From contig NC_087455.1 of the NCBI RefSeq assembly GCF_036321535.1, positions 248,001 through 312,000 on the forward strand: a stretch of DNA of 64,000 nt, written 5' to 3'. Both the position numbers and the translations under genes were made by a program. Shown here piece by piece: positions 1 to 33,234 of the stretch (its first letter is position 1; every line of letters begins with the position of its first letter). The stretch comes from Camelus dromedarius (lineage: Eukaryota). The notes below the pieces were generated by a model. It did no database searches. It was not told where the DNA came from and was given only the letters and a program-made list of their open reading frames with translations.

Positions 1-1648
1 TCCTGAATTTTTGTAAATGATTTCATGACTACTTCAAAAACAATTTCTGTTCTCTTTTTGTTAGGTCTCAGGTTCTCTTCATGTTTGTTAGGTCAGATCT
101 GTTAATTGTGTCTAAGTCAGGGTTGGGTCAGGGTTGATTTTGATCTACCTGACCTCTCATTGTGGAGAGGCAGAGTCCCAGGATGGCAGAACTCCTGTGT
201 CCCCTGCATTCCACCCATCGCTGCTGTGCTGTGCAGGCTGTGGCTTGGCTACATGCAGATTTGGAGTCCGGGTTCCCGGTGCAGGTTCTTCCTTTGCGGT
301 TATGTCGTTTTGCCCACTCATGTTTTTGCCCTGACCAGGCTTTGTTTGAAACTAGCGTGGGCCACGGTTTCTCTGTGGTTAGTATTTGCCTCTTAACATC
401 TTTTCCCAAATGCAGTCCTTTTTCATCATACGTGAGTGTGTTTCTCATCAGTAGCCTCACAGGGCTAGGAGTGTGCCTCACTGTCTGAACACCTGGCCCT
501 CGTGTGGCAGGACGCTCGCGGGCATGCTATGCGAGACCACCGACTTGCGAGAGGTTGTAGCTTTCGTCCTCGTGCCCTTGGGGCCCAGGAGCCAGCCCTC
601 TCTACCCAGTGGGCCCTTGATATAGGTTGTACTTGGATTTCCAGTTCAGTTTTTGAAAGGACACCCCCGCCCCACAGAGGGACAGAAACAAACCCTCAGG
701 AGCTTTGCTTCGTAAGGGGGGCTTTGGGGTGAGGCACATGTGGATTATTTTTCGAATTAGGAGTAATTTTACTGTTTTTCACATGTACACCCCCTGAATT
801 ATGAAGATACAGATTTTTATTAAAAACGTTGAAGTAGTTGAGGAAAGTATAAGAAAGAAACAGTCCGCCTGCTCAGTGTGCACATCCCAGAGGGAGACAG
901 TTGGCGGGCGGGGAATGAGTGACGGGGGTGGGGCGCACGGGCTGCGTTTCGTGGTCTTACGCAGTCATCTGTGGAGACTTCTTTCTGTGCAAGTGAGCAG
1001 TGGTATTAGCACATGAGCACATGACTCTAAGAGCGTGTTCATTGCCTGGGAGGCATTTCAAGTTCTGTTGGATTTTTTTTCTATCTTTGCCTTTTAGGTC
1101 AGATTAACCACTTCTGACTGAGGTTAGGTGGAAGCTCCTGAGTTTCACGGTTAAATGGACTTTGAAATGTGGAAATTCCCTTTGCCCTTACGCTGAGGTC
1201 TCAGCAGTCCTCTGTGCTTGCGGGCATCCTGCTCTGTGGGGCCTCACGGAGTCTGTGTTCTCACAGAGGAGGGTTATGGCAAGTCTGCTGGCACTGTTTT
1301 CCCACTGGCGCTGTTGTTAGCTGAGGTGTGTGCGTTGTGTTTAGACACGACGCCATCGCACACTTGGGAGACTGCGGGTGACGCAGGCGTGCCTTTACGC
1401 TCTGCGAGACCAGAACGTGCTGGGACTGGCTCTGCTGCAGCGATCTAGGGCTAACCTGCAGCGTCTGTGAGGTGTGCCTGGGGTCGGAGCTCGGATGCGG
1501 CTCCTGCGAGCCATGTGGGAGAAGAGGGTGTGCTGCGTATTTTCGTTTTCAGCAGTGTGAGAAGTGGTGACAGAGCCTCTTGTGACTCAGGTGCGAGGTC
1601 ACCAGAGCGACACCAGTGCAGTGTTGGTCTCACATATAAGCACTGTTT

Positions 1649-1848
1649 NNNNNNNNNNNNNNNNNNNNNNNNNNNNNNNNNNNNNNNNNNNNNNNNNNNN
1701 NNNNNNNNNNNNNNNNNNNNNNNNNNNNNNNNNNNNNNNNNNNNNNNNNNNNNNNNNNNNNNNNNNNNNNNNNNNNNNNNNNNNNNNNNNNNNNNNNNNN
1801 NNNNNNNNNNNNNNNNNNNNNNNNNNNNNNNNNNNNNNNNNNNNNNNN
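1649..1848. other. Assembly gap (200 N)
   Basis: Run of N. Confidence 0.99.
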
Positions 1849-3989
1849 ACATATAAGCACTGTTTGCCTTGTAGTTTTTGGCTGAATTCATTAAGAAACA
1901 TTGTCAAACCTGAAAAAAAAATACAGAATCAATGTTTGATGACAGTGGTTGAGAAGAGGTTTTTCTCAAACAGAAAATTTCAGTTTCAGCCATTGAGTTT
2001 TTTAAAAAATCACAGTTAAAGTTGCCCCTGTCACGCTGTTAAACTGCCGTGTCGTAGGGCAAGCTGGGATGTTTCACTTCTATTTCTGACAAAAATCTGT
2101 GGAGCTGGTGGTGGCAGAGTCCACGCAGCACAGGGAGTCCCGCTGCTCTCCCCATAACGCGCAGCAGGCAGCGCGCTCTGCTCTGCATGGAGTGGCAGGG
2201 AGCAGCCGTAGCCTGCACACACCTCCTGCAGCCCCACGCCGTGCAGGCTTTCCAGCTGAGCCTCCTGACCTGCACACGCTTTGGCATCGATTGTGCACAT
2301 CTCAGCAGATCCCACTTCAGTTTGGATGGAGTCCGGTGTTCCCTCGGCTGCTTTGGCAGTGACCTCAGATGTAAGCTGTCCCACGTAGGCAGTTCACGGA
2401 GGCCGGCTCATGAGTCCTTTCGGGCTCAGTGGTGGCTCCTTGAGTAAAAGACAGGAACTGAGCAGCACTGGCGGCTCCAGGGGCCAGTGGGAGCCCAGAA
2501 GCATTGAGCTGCTGGCGACGGATGGCGTGCTCCCCACCCTCTACTCTGTAGCCACTGTTCCTGCCAAGAAGCTGATAGTCTTGAGCAAGTTTATCTTCCA
2601 GGGACACATAACTAAGTGCTGCAGTCATGTGATTTAACTCACTCACCATCAGTGGACAGCTTTCCTTGCTGGACTGGAGATTGAGCCCCTTGGAAGCGTC
2701 CCTGGTGTGAAGGCGACTTTCATTTTGTGAAGCATTCTGCCGTGATGAGATTTCCACTTCAGCCTCTCACGCTGGGAACATTGTGGTGAGCGCCGTCCAG
2801 TATGATGCGTGTTCTTTTAGCACGGCTGTGTGTCCATCTGTCCAGCAGCAAAGAGCCCTCACGCCACCACGCCTTGGAAGCCCGACATTCAAGGCCCAGT
2901 TCTCCCTTCTTCTCGATCGCTGGGCGAGTGCGCTGGAATGGGAATGTCGCAGCGAGATGTCCCAAGTGTGTGGCATGTGTGTGCTTGGCCCAGGTCTGGC
3001 CCCGCCAGGTGCCCAAGGTGCTGCCGTGGCCGCACAGGCACCGCTGTCCGGACTGAGTTCCAACAATGTGTTCCTTATGGACGCTGACATTTGAATCTCA
3101 TGCAGTTTTCATATTTCACAAAAATCTCTTAACGTATAAACCATTCTTAGCTCACGAGCTGTGCAAATCGGGCAGCAGGCTGCACATGGCCCACGGGCTG
3201 CCGTTGCTGAGCGGCTTCCCGCCAGGGCCAGCCTAGGGCCTTTTTCTCGTCCCCCTTGTGGTCCCTCCTTGTTCGCGCTCAAACACCCTATCGGAGCCCC
3301 CTGCCGTCCTCCTGGGGCTGCTCCTGTCTGGGTCCTGGTCTGTTTGCAGTGGACTCCAGCCCGAGTCTGAGCCCCTGGGAGCAGGTATGTGTCTGTCCCC
3401 CTCATGTTCCTGCCCCAGCCCAGGCCTGAAGAGGTGATAGCCCGGGGGACCAGGACACCAGCCTTCAACGGTTGTCATCCATAGTGCCTCCAGGGTTTCA
3501 GGGGCGCCTGGTGGCGGAAAGATGGCGTTGCTCAGTGCTGAAGGAAGAGGTGTGTATCAGCTGGGCCACCATGGACACAGGAGTGGCGGGGTGGCTGCAG
3601 CCGTGAGTTCGTGACAGCCCTGTCTCTGAAGCGCTGCCCGCAGCCGCAGGAGGGGGGGGGGGCTAGGTGCATGCATCACTCCTCGAGTCCCCAGCTTCTC
3701 GTCCTGTGGCACAGTCATAGTTGTTATGTGTTTGAAGGTACTGACCACCCGTCCACATTAACATTAGCCGTTCATCTGGTCAGCTTCTTTTTCAAATGAT
3801 GACATTTTCATTAGAGACGCACATTAGTTGCCAAAAATACATGTGACCACACAGAAGGATTTAAAACCCACTTGCTCCTCTGCTCCCAGTTTTGTGTACT
3901 TGCTTTGTGGGGTTTGTCCCCACAGCTGCAGCTCCGCTGAGCACCCGCGACCGCCCGCTGCTGGACGCACGGGCCGCTTCTGGTGCACT

Positions 3990-4960
3990 TGATAATGTGA
4001 AGTTTTTAGTCCCTGTTTACTAAATTCTTACATGGTTAGGTCAATATTTGGGCTTTCTGTTGCGTTCCAGAATCTGTCTCTCCCTCTGCCAGTCCTATAT
4101 CGTTTTAATTCTGTCCCTTGATAACGTGTTATATCCAGTGGAACGAACTGTCTCTCCAACTGTCTGTCATCCCTGAACTTTCCTTAATTGTTATTAAATG
4201 TTTATATTTGGTGTTAAGTTTCCAAACATTCTAACTTTTTAACACATTCCTTCCTATTGGAAATTTTACTAGAATTATATGAAATTTATTAGCTAATTTA
4301 CAGAGAAGTATCTTTATATAGCTTAGGAATTACTGAGTTTTCGCATCCACGATTTTTGTGTTTCTCTGTTACATATTCAGGTTCCTTTATGTACCTCAAT
4401 AAAAATTTATAGTTTTATTCATACTGATCCAACATATTCCATGTTAATTTATGGCTAGGACTTTAATTTTTTTGCTACTGCCATCATGAGCGTGAACTCT
4501 GCTTGTGCCTACTTACTGCTGACACACAGGAGAACCGTTGACTTACTGACACATGTGATTATTACATCAGTCTCTCTTAATGCTTCTGATAGTTTTTCAG
4601 CTGATTATTTTAGTTTTTCTGGGTTGACAGCTAAAAATAATTTTCTCTCTTCTTTTCAAATATTCGCATCTCTTGCTTTTTTAAAATTCTTCTTGTGCTG
4701 ACTAGTGTTTCTGAAATCATTACACACTGGTAGTGAGAGTGACTGTTCTCACCCTGACTTTAATGGGTATGCTTGCAGCCTTTTACTGATGAATATTGTG
4801 AAGGCCTGGGGTTTTAATATGGATATTCTTGATCAAGTTAAGTAAATTTTCTTTCCCTTTTGTATTACTGAGAGTTTTAAAAATCCTAAGCAGATATTAA
4901 TCTGATCACATGCCTTTGGGCATCTGGCGAGATAATCACCCACTCCCTTGTCCTCATGGA
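3990..4960 (-). mobile_element. Ancient, degenerate LINE-1 ORF2 fragment (L1M/L1ME-like)
   Basis: T-rich block resembling antisense L1 ORF2; no open frame. Boundaries approximate. Confidence 0.55.
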
Positions 4961-5425
4961 TATTGAAGGGCTGCTGTGTCCAGGCCCTGCCCTTAAGCTC
5001 ACCGTCCCCAGGAGGGAGTTTCTAAGCCTGCCTCCTCTCAGGTCAAATGGTCACGTCTGTTTGAAGCTGTGATTCTCACTAACCCGCGGCTCTGCCCTTA
5101 GGACAGTGGCCCCAATTCCAGTCATCTGAGCTCCAGTCATCTGAGTCAGTGTCCTCGCCTGCCCCCCGGCCGCTGGATGGGGCCAAGGTGGGGCTGCCCT
5201 GCGGGAGGGCTGGGGGTCTCCAGTCTCTACCACATGGGCCACGAGCCAGGCACTGAGGTGGGTAGTGAGGACCCAGGAAATACTCATCTGACCAGCTGAA
5301 GGGGACAGCTTTGTGGGCAGCACCCACGTTCAGAAAAGTGGAAGGAAGGCTTATGACTTTAAATGCGTCATATATGAAAATGTCTGCACTGCGCTTACGC
5401 CTCTCTCCCTTCTGCTGTGTTTCAG

Positions 5426-27070
<21,645 letters not shown>

Positions 27071-28419
27071 CACCTGGGCACCAAAGGACCAAGGGTGGGG
27101 ACAGAGCCTGCCCAGGTGCGCGGGGTCAGGGGAGCACGCAGGGAGGGGGGAGGGAACGCCCCAGCCGCGGAGGTAGCATGCCAGGCTCCGCCCATGCCCG
27201 CCCCAGCCCTGGAACCCCCATTTCCCCCACCCAGGCCCTCGGCCTGAGGGCGCAGCCAGGGCAGAGGGGCTGCAGGAAGGGCGCCTCTAGCCACCACCCA
27301 CCCACCCCCGCCTCGTGGCCAGTTCGGTGGGCACTGCCCCACCCACCACAAGCCGCGGATCAGCCCCAAGAAAGTGCCTTTTGTTTCCTGGAGCCAAGTG
27401 ACACTGCCCCTCCCGGCCGGCCCGAGAGCACAAGCCGCCCTCCCCGGGTGAGCTGCCTTGCTGGGGCTCCTGCGCTCAGCCTAGCCCTGGTCTGGGCCCA
27501 GCGTGGCTGCCCCTTTCTCCTCCTCTGCTCTCTCTTACCCTCGGTCTCCTGGCCTACAACTTCCGCCCTCCCGGTCCCTTCCCGCCCCCTTCCCCACCAC
27601 CTGTGGCTTCCATGGTGGTGACTGCACAGGAATTTGCGGGCTTAAGGACACTGGGCTGTCCACCACCAGAGCCGAGCCAGGCTGGCCCAGGGTCCGGTAG
27701 ATGCTCTCTAGGTGTGGAGGGAGCCCCCAAACCAAAGTCCTCTGGGGTGGGGGCAGGGTTGGGCAGGCATTCTTGGGGCAGGGTGGGGGAGGGGCGAGAA
27801 TATTTTTTTCTTCGTGTAACTATAAATTCAGAATCTATCCTGCACCCCAGCCCGCCTGTGTATAGAGATATAAATAGAGCGAAACATATAAGAACTAAAT
27901 TTGCTAATGACATAGTCTTAACCCAAATGTTATTTATTTGAGTTGTTCTCGTCTGTCCTCTTCAGACAAGTTGGTATCATTCCTTCATTTTTCTCTCCAC
28001 CCTCCTGGCTTCTGACCAAAAACCAAACCCTGCCCTATCCCTATTCAGGACCTGCAGCAGATGAGAGGGGAGGAACCCCGAGCTCGGGGACTAGGGTGGT
28101 GCTGGGGACTCCCCTTCCTCGAGGCCAGAGCTGGGGGGTGGTGGGGAGGTACCTAGATTTTCAGTTTGTGTATTTTCCATTTTGGAATTTTGAGTTCCAA
28201 CTGTCGTAGAACTTAATTTCCCCCTAGTTTTTATATATATATATATTTTTTAGAGTTGAGTTTTTATTTATTATTAAAGACAAAAAAGCCCAGCCCTGCC
28301 GAGACCCGGGTGTCCCCTGGGGGAACGTCCTCAGTCGGGTGGTCTTGGGCCCTGAGGAGGCGCAGTGGGTCCACAGACTCGCTCTGACGCATGGTCGAGA
28401 GGTGACAACACTCTGTGTG

Positions 28420-28425
28420 AATAAA
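28420..28425 (+). terminator. ARHGAP39 polyadenylation signal AATAAA (alternative ATTAAA at 28273-28278)
   Basis: AATAAA at the end of an AT-rich 3' UTR segment, before the C8orf82 CpG island. Confidence 0.7.
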
Positions 28426-29261
28426 GTACATATAGACACTTGCAAACCTTGGTCGCTGCCTGTTGCCTTCCGTTCCTTCCAGTTGCAGCGGGGTTTGCGG
28501 GGGGGTCTGGGTTGGGGCTCTGGGCAGCTCACTGTCAGCGGCCAGTCGGTTGCCGGCGTGGACGCCAGGCCAAGGGAGAATGGGGGGCGGAGAGACTGGA
28601 ACAGGGGTGGAAGGGAGAGTAAGGCAGCTTCCCTGAAACGACGGCGAGGTGATGAATCGCGGACGCGGCTCCAGGTAGGTGCGCAGGATGAGAGGCATCC
28701 TGGGCCGGCTGCGGCCACCTGAATTATCATACTCGACCCCGAAGCCCCGCCCGATTGCTGGGGTCTTTGACCTGCCCTCCTCTGAGGCACGCATAGGCTT
28801 CTAGGCAGTGTTTATTCACCATCTCTTTGTTCAGCACCTAGTTGGACGCGCAGTCGGCCCCGCCGAGCTGGCTTCCCAGGGGATGGGGGAGGAGACAGTG
28901 AGGGTAGCTCGCCCATTAGGGGACAGCCAGCTTCCGAGAGCAGAGGGACTGGGCCCGCAAGCCCGCCAGCGCCCCGGCCCCAGCCCCGGCCGGTGACCCC
29001 GTCCTGAACTCGCCTGCACCCCACCGTCGGGCAGCCCCGCCCGCCACCCTTTCCCCAGCCGAACGGCAGGGCGGTGAGCCCCTAAGGCCCAAAGAAGGAA
29101 GAACGTCGGGGCCGTCCTGGGGACGCGCGAGGCCAGGCCGGGTGCGCTCGGTGGCCGCAACCGGAACCCAAAGCACAAGGTCGCAGTCGCAGGGGGGGGA
29201 CGTACGTTTGCGCAGCACCGCCCCCTCGTGACCCTCTGACCGCTTCCGGCGAGAAAGGAGG

Positions 29262-30781
29262 ATGTGGGCGACGCGTGGGGCTCTCCGGGCCTGGGCCCTG
29301 GGCTTGGCGCGGTCCCTGGGGACCCGGGCCTGCGGCGGGGTTGGAGGCGTCTCCTACACGCAGGGCCAGAGCCCAGAGCCGCGGACGCGGGAATACTTTT
29401 ACTACTTGGATCATCAGGGCCAGGTTGGCGGGGAGGGGGCGGGGCCTGAGGGAGGCCCCTGCGAGAGAGGTGGGGCCTGGCGGTAGGCGTCTGAGGGGCG
29501 GGGTCTTTAAAGTAAGTGAGTGCGACTGGTGGGCGGGGGCGGCGCGCCGCGCCTGAGCTACTGGGGCGCCTGGTCCCGGCCCCAGAGGGCTAGGCCCCTA
29601 GCAGCCAACCTCCCGCAAGTGGTTGCACTCCGCTCGCTTTGCATCCCCAGCTCTTGCAGCCCCCAGCCCTGGGCCGCCCCACCTGCTTTGGAAGCTTTGG
29701 CGGGGGTGTCCGCCATGTCCAGGGGGAAGCAAGTCAGCCTCCGCGGAGGCGGCACATAGAAATTCGAAAGGAGGAGGGAAGAGGCATGGGGAAGACGTGT
29801 CAGGCCAGAGAACCTGTGCGTGAGGAAGCATGGCCTGGAGTGCGGGGTGGATGCGGGGAAGTCGGCAGGGGTTTACCTTCCACGCGCCTCTCTGCACTCG
29901 GTGTGCACAGACGAGCAAGGAAAGTGGACGCCCACCGGGGCCTTCCCGCTCTGGGGCCAGCTCTGTCGGGCTTCCACCTGGGACTGATGGGTCACGGCCT
30001 GCCCCTCTGTCTGCAGCTTTTCCTAGATGACTCCAAAATGAAGAACTTCATCACCTGCTTCAAAGGTACTTATGCCCTCTCCTCCCCGACCTTCCCTCGC
30101 TTCGGAGAAGGCCCTGAAGGGCTCCGCTGCCCAACCTGTTGCTGGGCCTGCCCGCAGCGGGGTACTGGGAGTCCTGCGCTCCAGAGCTTCCTGTCTGGAG
30201 GCAGGCCAGGACAGCTCACCAACACCCGGTGCCTGCCCTTGGTGTCGCCCAGGGTTAGCCGCCTGCCTGGGGGCAGTAGGGCCCAGGGGCCTTGGGGCCC
30301 GGCATGCTGAGCAGCCGCGCTCTTCGGTCCCCCAGACCCGCAGTTCCTGGTCGTCTTCTTCTCTCGCCTGAGACCCAACCGCAGCGGGCGCTACGAGGCC
30401 TCCTTCCCCTTCCTCTCACCATGCGGCAGGGAGCGCAACTTCCTCCGCTGCGAGGACCGGCCCGTGGTCTTCACGCACCTGCTGGCCGCGGACGCCGGGC
30501 CCCCGCGCCTCTCCTACTGCGGCGGCGGCGAGGCCCTGGCCGTACCCTTCGAGCCGGCGCGCCTGCTGCCCCTGGCCGCCAATGGGCGGCTCTACCACCC
30601 AGCGCCGGAGCGCGCGGGCGGTGTAGGGCTGGTGCGATCGGCCCTGGCCTTCGAGCTCAGCGCCTGCTTCGAGTACGCGCCCGGCGCGCCAGACCTGCCC
30701 TCTCACGTGTGTTGGCAGGGCCGCCGTTTCGCGCTCACTATGGACCTGGCCCCGCTGCTGCTCGCTGCCCCGCCACCCTGA
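29262..30781 (+). CDS. C8orf82: UPF0598 protein C8orf82 homolog, 218 aa
   Basis: Exons 29262-29423, 30017-30065, 30336-30781 (657 nt, in phase). SYTQGQSPEPRTREYFYY.DHQGQ|LFLDDSKMKNFITCFK|DPQFL...GRERNFLRCEDRPVVFTHLL matches the recalled orthologue. Confidence 0.95.
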
Positions 30782-30799
30782 GCGGCGCCGCGCGGCCCG

Positions 30800-31155
30800 C
30801 GTCGCTGCGCACGCGCCACCCAGAGAGCTCGCCGGCTGAGGCTGAGTGCGCGTGCGCGGCGAAGGTGCACCGCTGTCCCGCTGCCCCGCCCCGCCCGGCG
30901 CTGTCCGAGGTGCTGCCGCGGCCCGGGCCCCGACACGGGGAGGGGCTGGGTCACCAGCCCTCGGTCCCTCCCCACTCACCTGGCCTGGGGTGTCCTCGGC
31001 GTTCTCTGGTTTGGCCGGCGCTCGCGACGGCAGACCCGGGCGGCCGGGCGGGAGGAGCCGGCGCTCCAGTGCGCGAGCGGCGCCCGCCCCTCCCCCACCC
31101 TGCGCTGCTCGGTGGGCCAGGGTTCGGCTGGGGAGCCGCGCCGCGGAAGCGTCAG
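30800..31155 (+). promoter_or_regulatory. Probable LRRC24 promoter and non-coding exon 1 inside the C8orf82 3' UTR
   Basis: CpG island with NRF1-like TGCGCACGCGC (30806-30816) and TGCGCGTGCGC (30847-30857). Strong donor CAG|GTGAGG at 31155/31156 pairs with acceptor TTTCAG|G at 33151/33152, upstream of the LRRC24 ATG. Confidence 0.55.
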
Positions 31156-31746
31156 GTGAGGGGTCCGCCCGACCCAAGGTCAGCGGGCGAGGGGGCGGGA
31201 TCGGGGGCCGTCCCTGCTCACCGAGAAGGGCGTGCGACCTGGCGGGGACCACGCCCTGCCCTGTACCGGCCTGGGACAGACCATGCCTGAGGCCATGGAC
31301 GATCAAGACTCCCGACTCTGCGCCTGAGAGGATCGCAGGTCTTCCCCTCTTACCCCTCCGAGCCTCCCTCCCCCTCAAATGGGTGCCCTGAGACAGTGAC
31401 AACCCACCCCTGCCCAGCCGGATTAGGGGGTTTTCCCCTAGGTAAAAGGATTTCTGGGCTGGCCTCCCCTGCCCTTCCTGCTTGGGCCCTCATCCTTGCC
31501 CAGGCCAGCCTTTCTACACGAATCAGCATCTAGGAGCTGTCCATGAGAGCAGTAGTCCCCTGAGTCCTGAGAAGGAGGCCAAGAACCTTCTATATTTGAG
31601 AGGCCTTGCTGCTGGAAGCTGGGTGGCCACTCCTTTTGTTCAGGGAAATGGGTCCCAGGGGCTTCAGAGAATGCCCACAGTTTCTTGGGGCTCACCTACA
31701 TTCTGAGACATCTGGGAACTGCCTCTGCCTGAGCCAAAGCTATTCC

Positions 31747-31752
31747 ATTAAA
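31747..31752 (+). terminator. Probable C8orf82 polyadenylation signal ATTAAA
   Basis: First ATTAAA/AATAAA seen after the C8orf82 stop, followed by a U/GU-rich tract. A further AATAAA lies at 32529-32534. Confidence 0.5.
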
Positions 31753-33032
31753 ACTTTTGCTGTGCCTGTCTCTCTCCAGTGATTTTCAATAATCATGTGA
31801 GTTACAATTTAGAGCAAGACTCAAACAAACACCAAGGCCACTTACTGCCTTTCCACTCTTGCTAGTGGGGAGTCCTGGTGAGCAGGCAGGTGTTCAAGCA
31901 GGGACAGTGTGAGGTGGAGCTAAAGGCTCAGTGATAGCACACCCTCAGCCCCATCCCTGGCTTCAGACTGGCTGGCTTCTCAGCCCAAGTCCCCACCTTT
32001 AATTTGGACTCAATGTGCCCCAAGCTAGACCCAGGCCTTGCCCTCTCTCTAGGGTCACATTTGCATGAACATAAACCCAACACACTACTCCCCACTTCAG
32101 TCCAGGAAGTCACTGCCCCCAGAGCCTACTTGGGAAACACCACTAGAAACCCAGTTGGTGGCCCAAGGCCCATCTTTCCCACCCCAGCCATTCCAGGGCC
32201 CCACATGCCCCCCAAAAGAGGGGCCCTTTACTGGGAGCCAGCATGGAGAAGACAGGCCCACACCTTCCAAACTGACTTTCCTGCTGTTTGTCTCACCCCT
32301 GATTATCTAACAAACTCCCTGAGGAAAAAGCCCTAATTCTAGCTAAGCTGTTCCAGCCACTTCCACTCCCAGGAGGGCAGGGGCAGAGGCTGGACAAAGC
32401 TATGCCTCGATTTTCCTGTGGCTGGTGCCTCCCCTGAGACCAGTTGTGCCCATATCCTCCATCAAGTTACAACAGGTGAATCCCAGGTTTGAGGACAGAG
32501 CATGAGTTCCAGGGATAAAAATGACCAGAATAAATGCTGGGTCAAGGTCAGCTGAAGGCAGGGAAGGAGTGTGGAGCCTTGGGCCTTGTCCTGGGGGCAC
32601 AAAAAGGACCTCTACTCTAAGCTCTGTGCCTTCAAGGTCTGACGCCAGTCCCCACAGAGTGAAGAGTCTATGTGGACATGGGGTTGTGTCTGCCCAGAGG
32701 CTGCTCTTCCCATTCTAGTCCACGCTGTGGTAAATGACCCCAAACTTCACCCTTGTGTCCCCAAGGCCATACCTTTCACCAGCCTCTTGCACCCAAGATC
32801 CAAGGAGTGGCTGTTGTTAGGGTGTAGAGGGCACAGCAGTCAAGATGTCCTCGTGCATGAGCAGGAAACTCCTCAGTGCTAGTAGAGATGGGATGGGGAG
32901 AAAAGCAGGCTGGGATGGGGTGGGCTGTCCCCATGTGGCCTGTGTGGCAAGACTCTGAGGACAGAAGAAATTCTAAATTGGAACCTGATGCCCCAGATCT
33001 TTACGACTTTTTATAAAGGAAGGCAATGAACG

Positions 33033-33038
33033 TTTAAT
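33033..33038 (-). terminator. Probable LRRC14 polyadenylation signal ATTAAA in LRRC24 intron 1
   Basis: The first minus-strand AATAAA/ATTAAA I find downstream of the LRRC14 stop. A U-rich tract follows on the minus strand. Confidence 0.55.
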
Positions 33039-33234
33039 CAGTTTCTCAAGCTGATTTAAAACTTAAAAAAATTCAGACACAGGATGTGTGCCTCCAGCCA
33101 TCCTTTTTAGTGGCTCTCAAATGTAAAAAACAGGCAGAACCTGTGTTTCAGGAGGCGCGTCCCATCCAGGGCTGGACTGGAGGCAGGCTGGTGAGGAGGC
33201 TGCGGCTTCGCGGTGCGCGCCTGTCCCACGGGAG

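Noticed and set aside
1171-1180. Perfect NF-kB site GGAAATTCCC
   Set aside because: A single 10-mer in an intron with no supporting cluster; chance cannot be excluded.
5117-5146. 15-bp tandem duplication TCCAGTCATCTGAG(C/T)
   Set aside because: Ordinary slippage duplication with no evident function.
30292-31402. Long ORFs of 332 aa (+) and 328 aa (-) over C8orf82
   Set aside because: Stop-poor CpG-island DNA, low-complexity Arg/Pro/Gly/Ala translation, overlapping a real exon in other frames.
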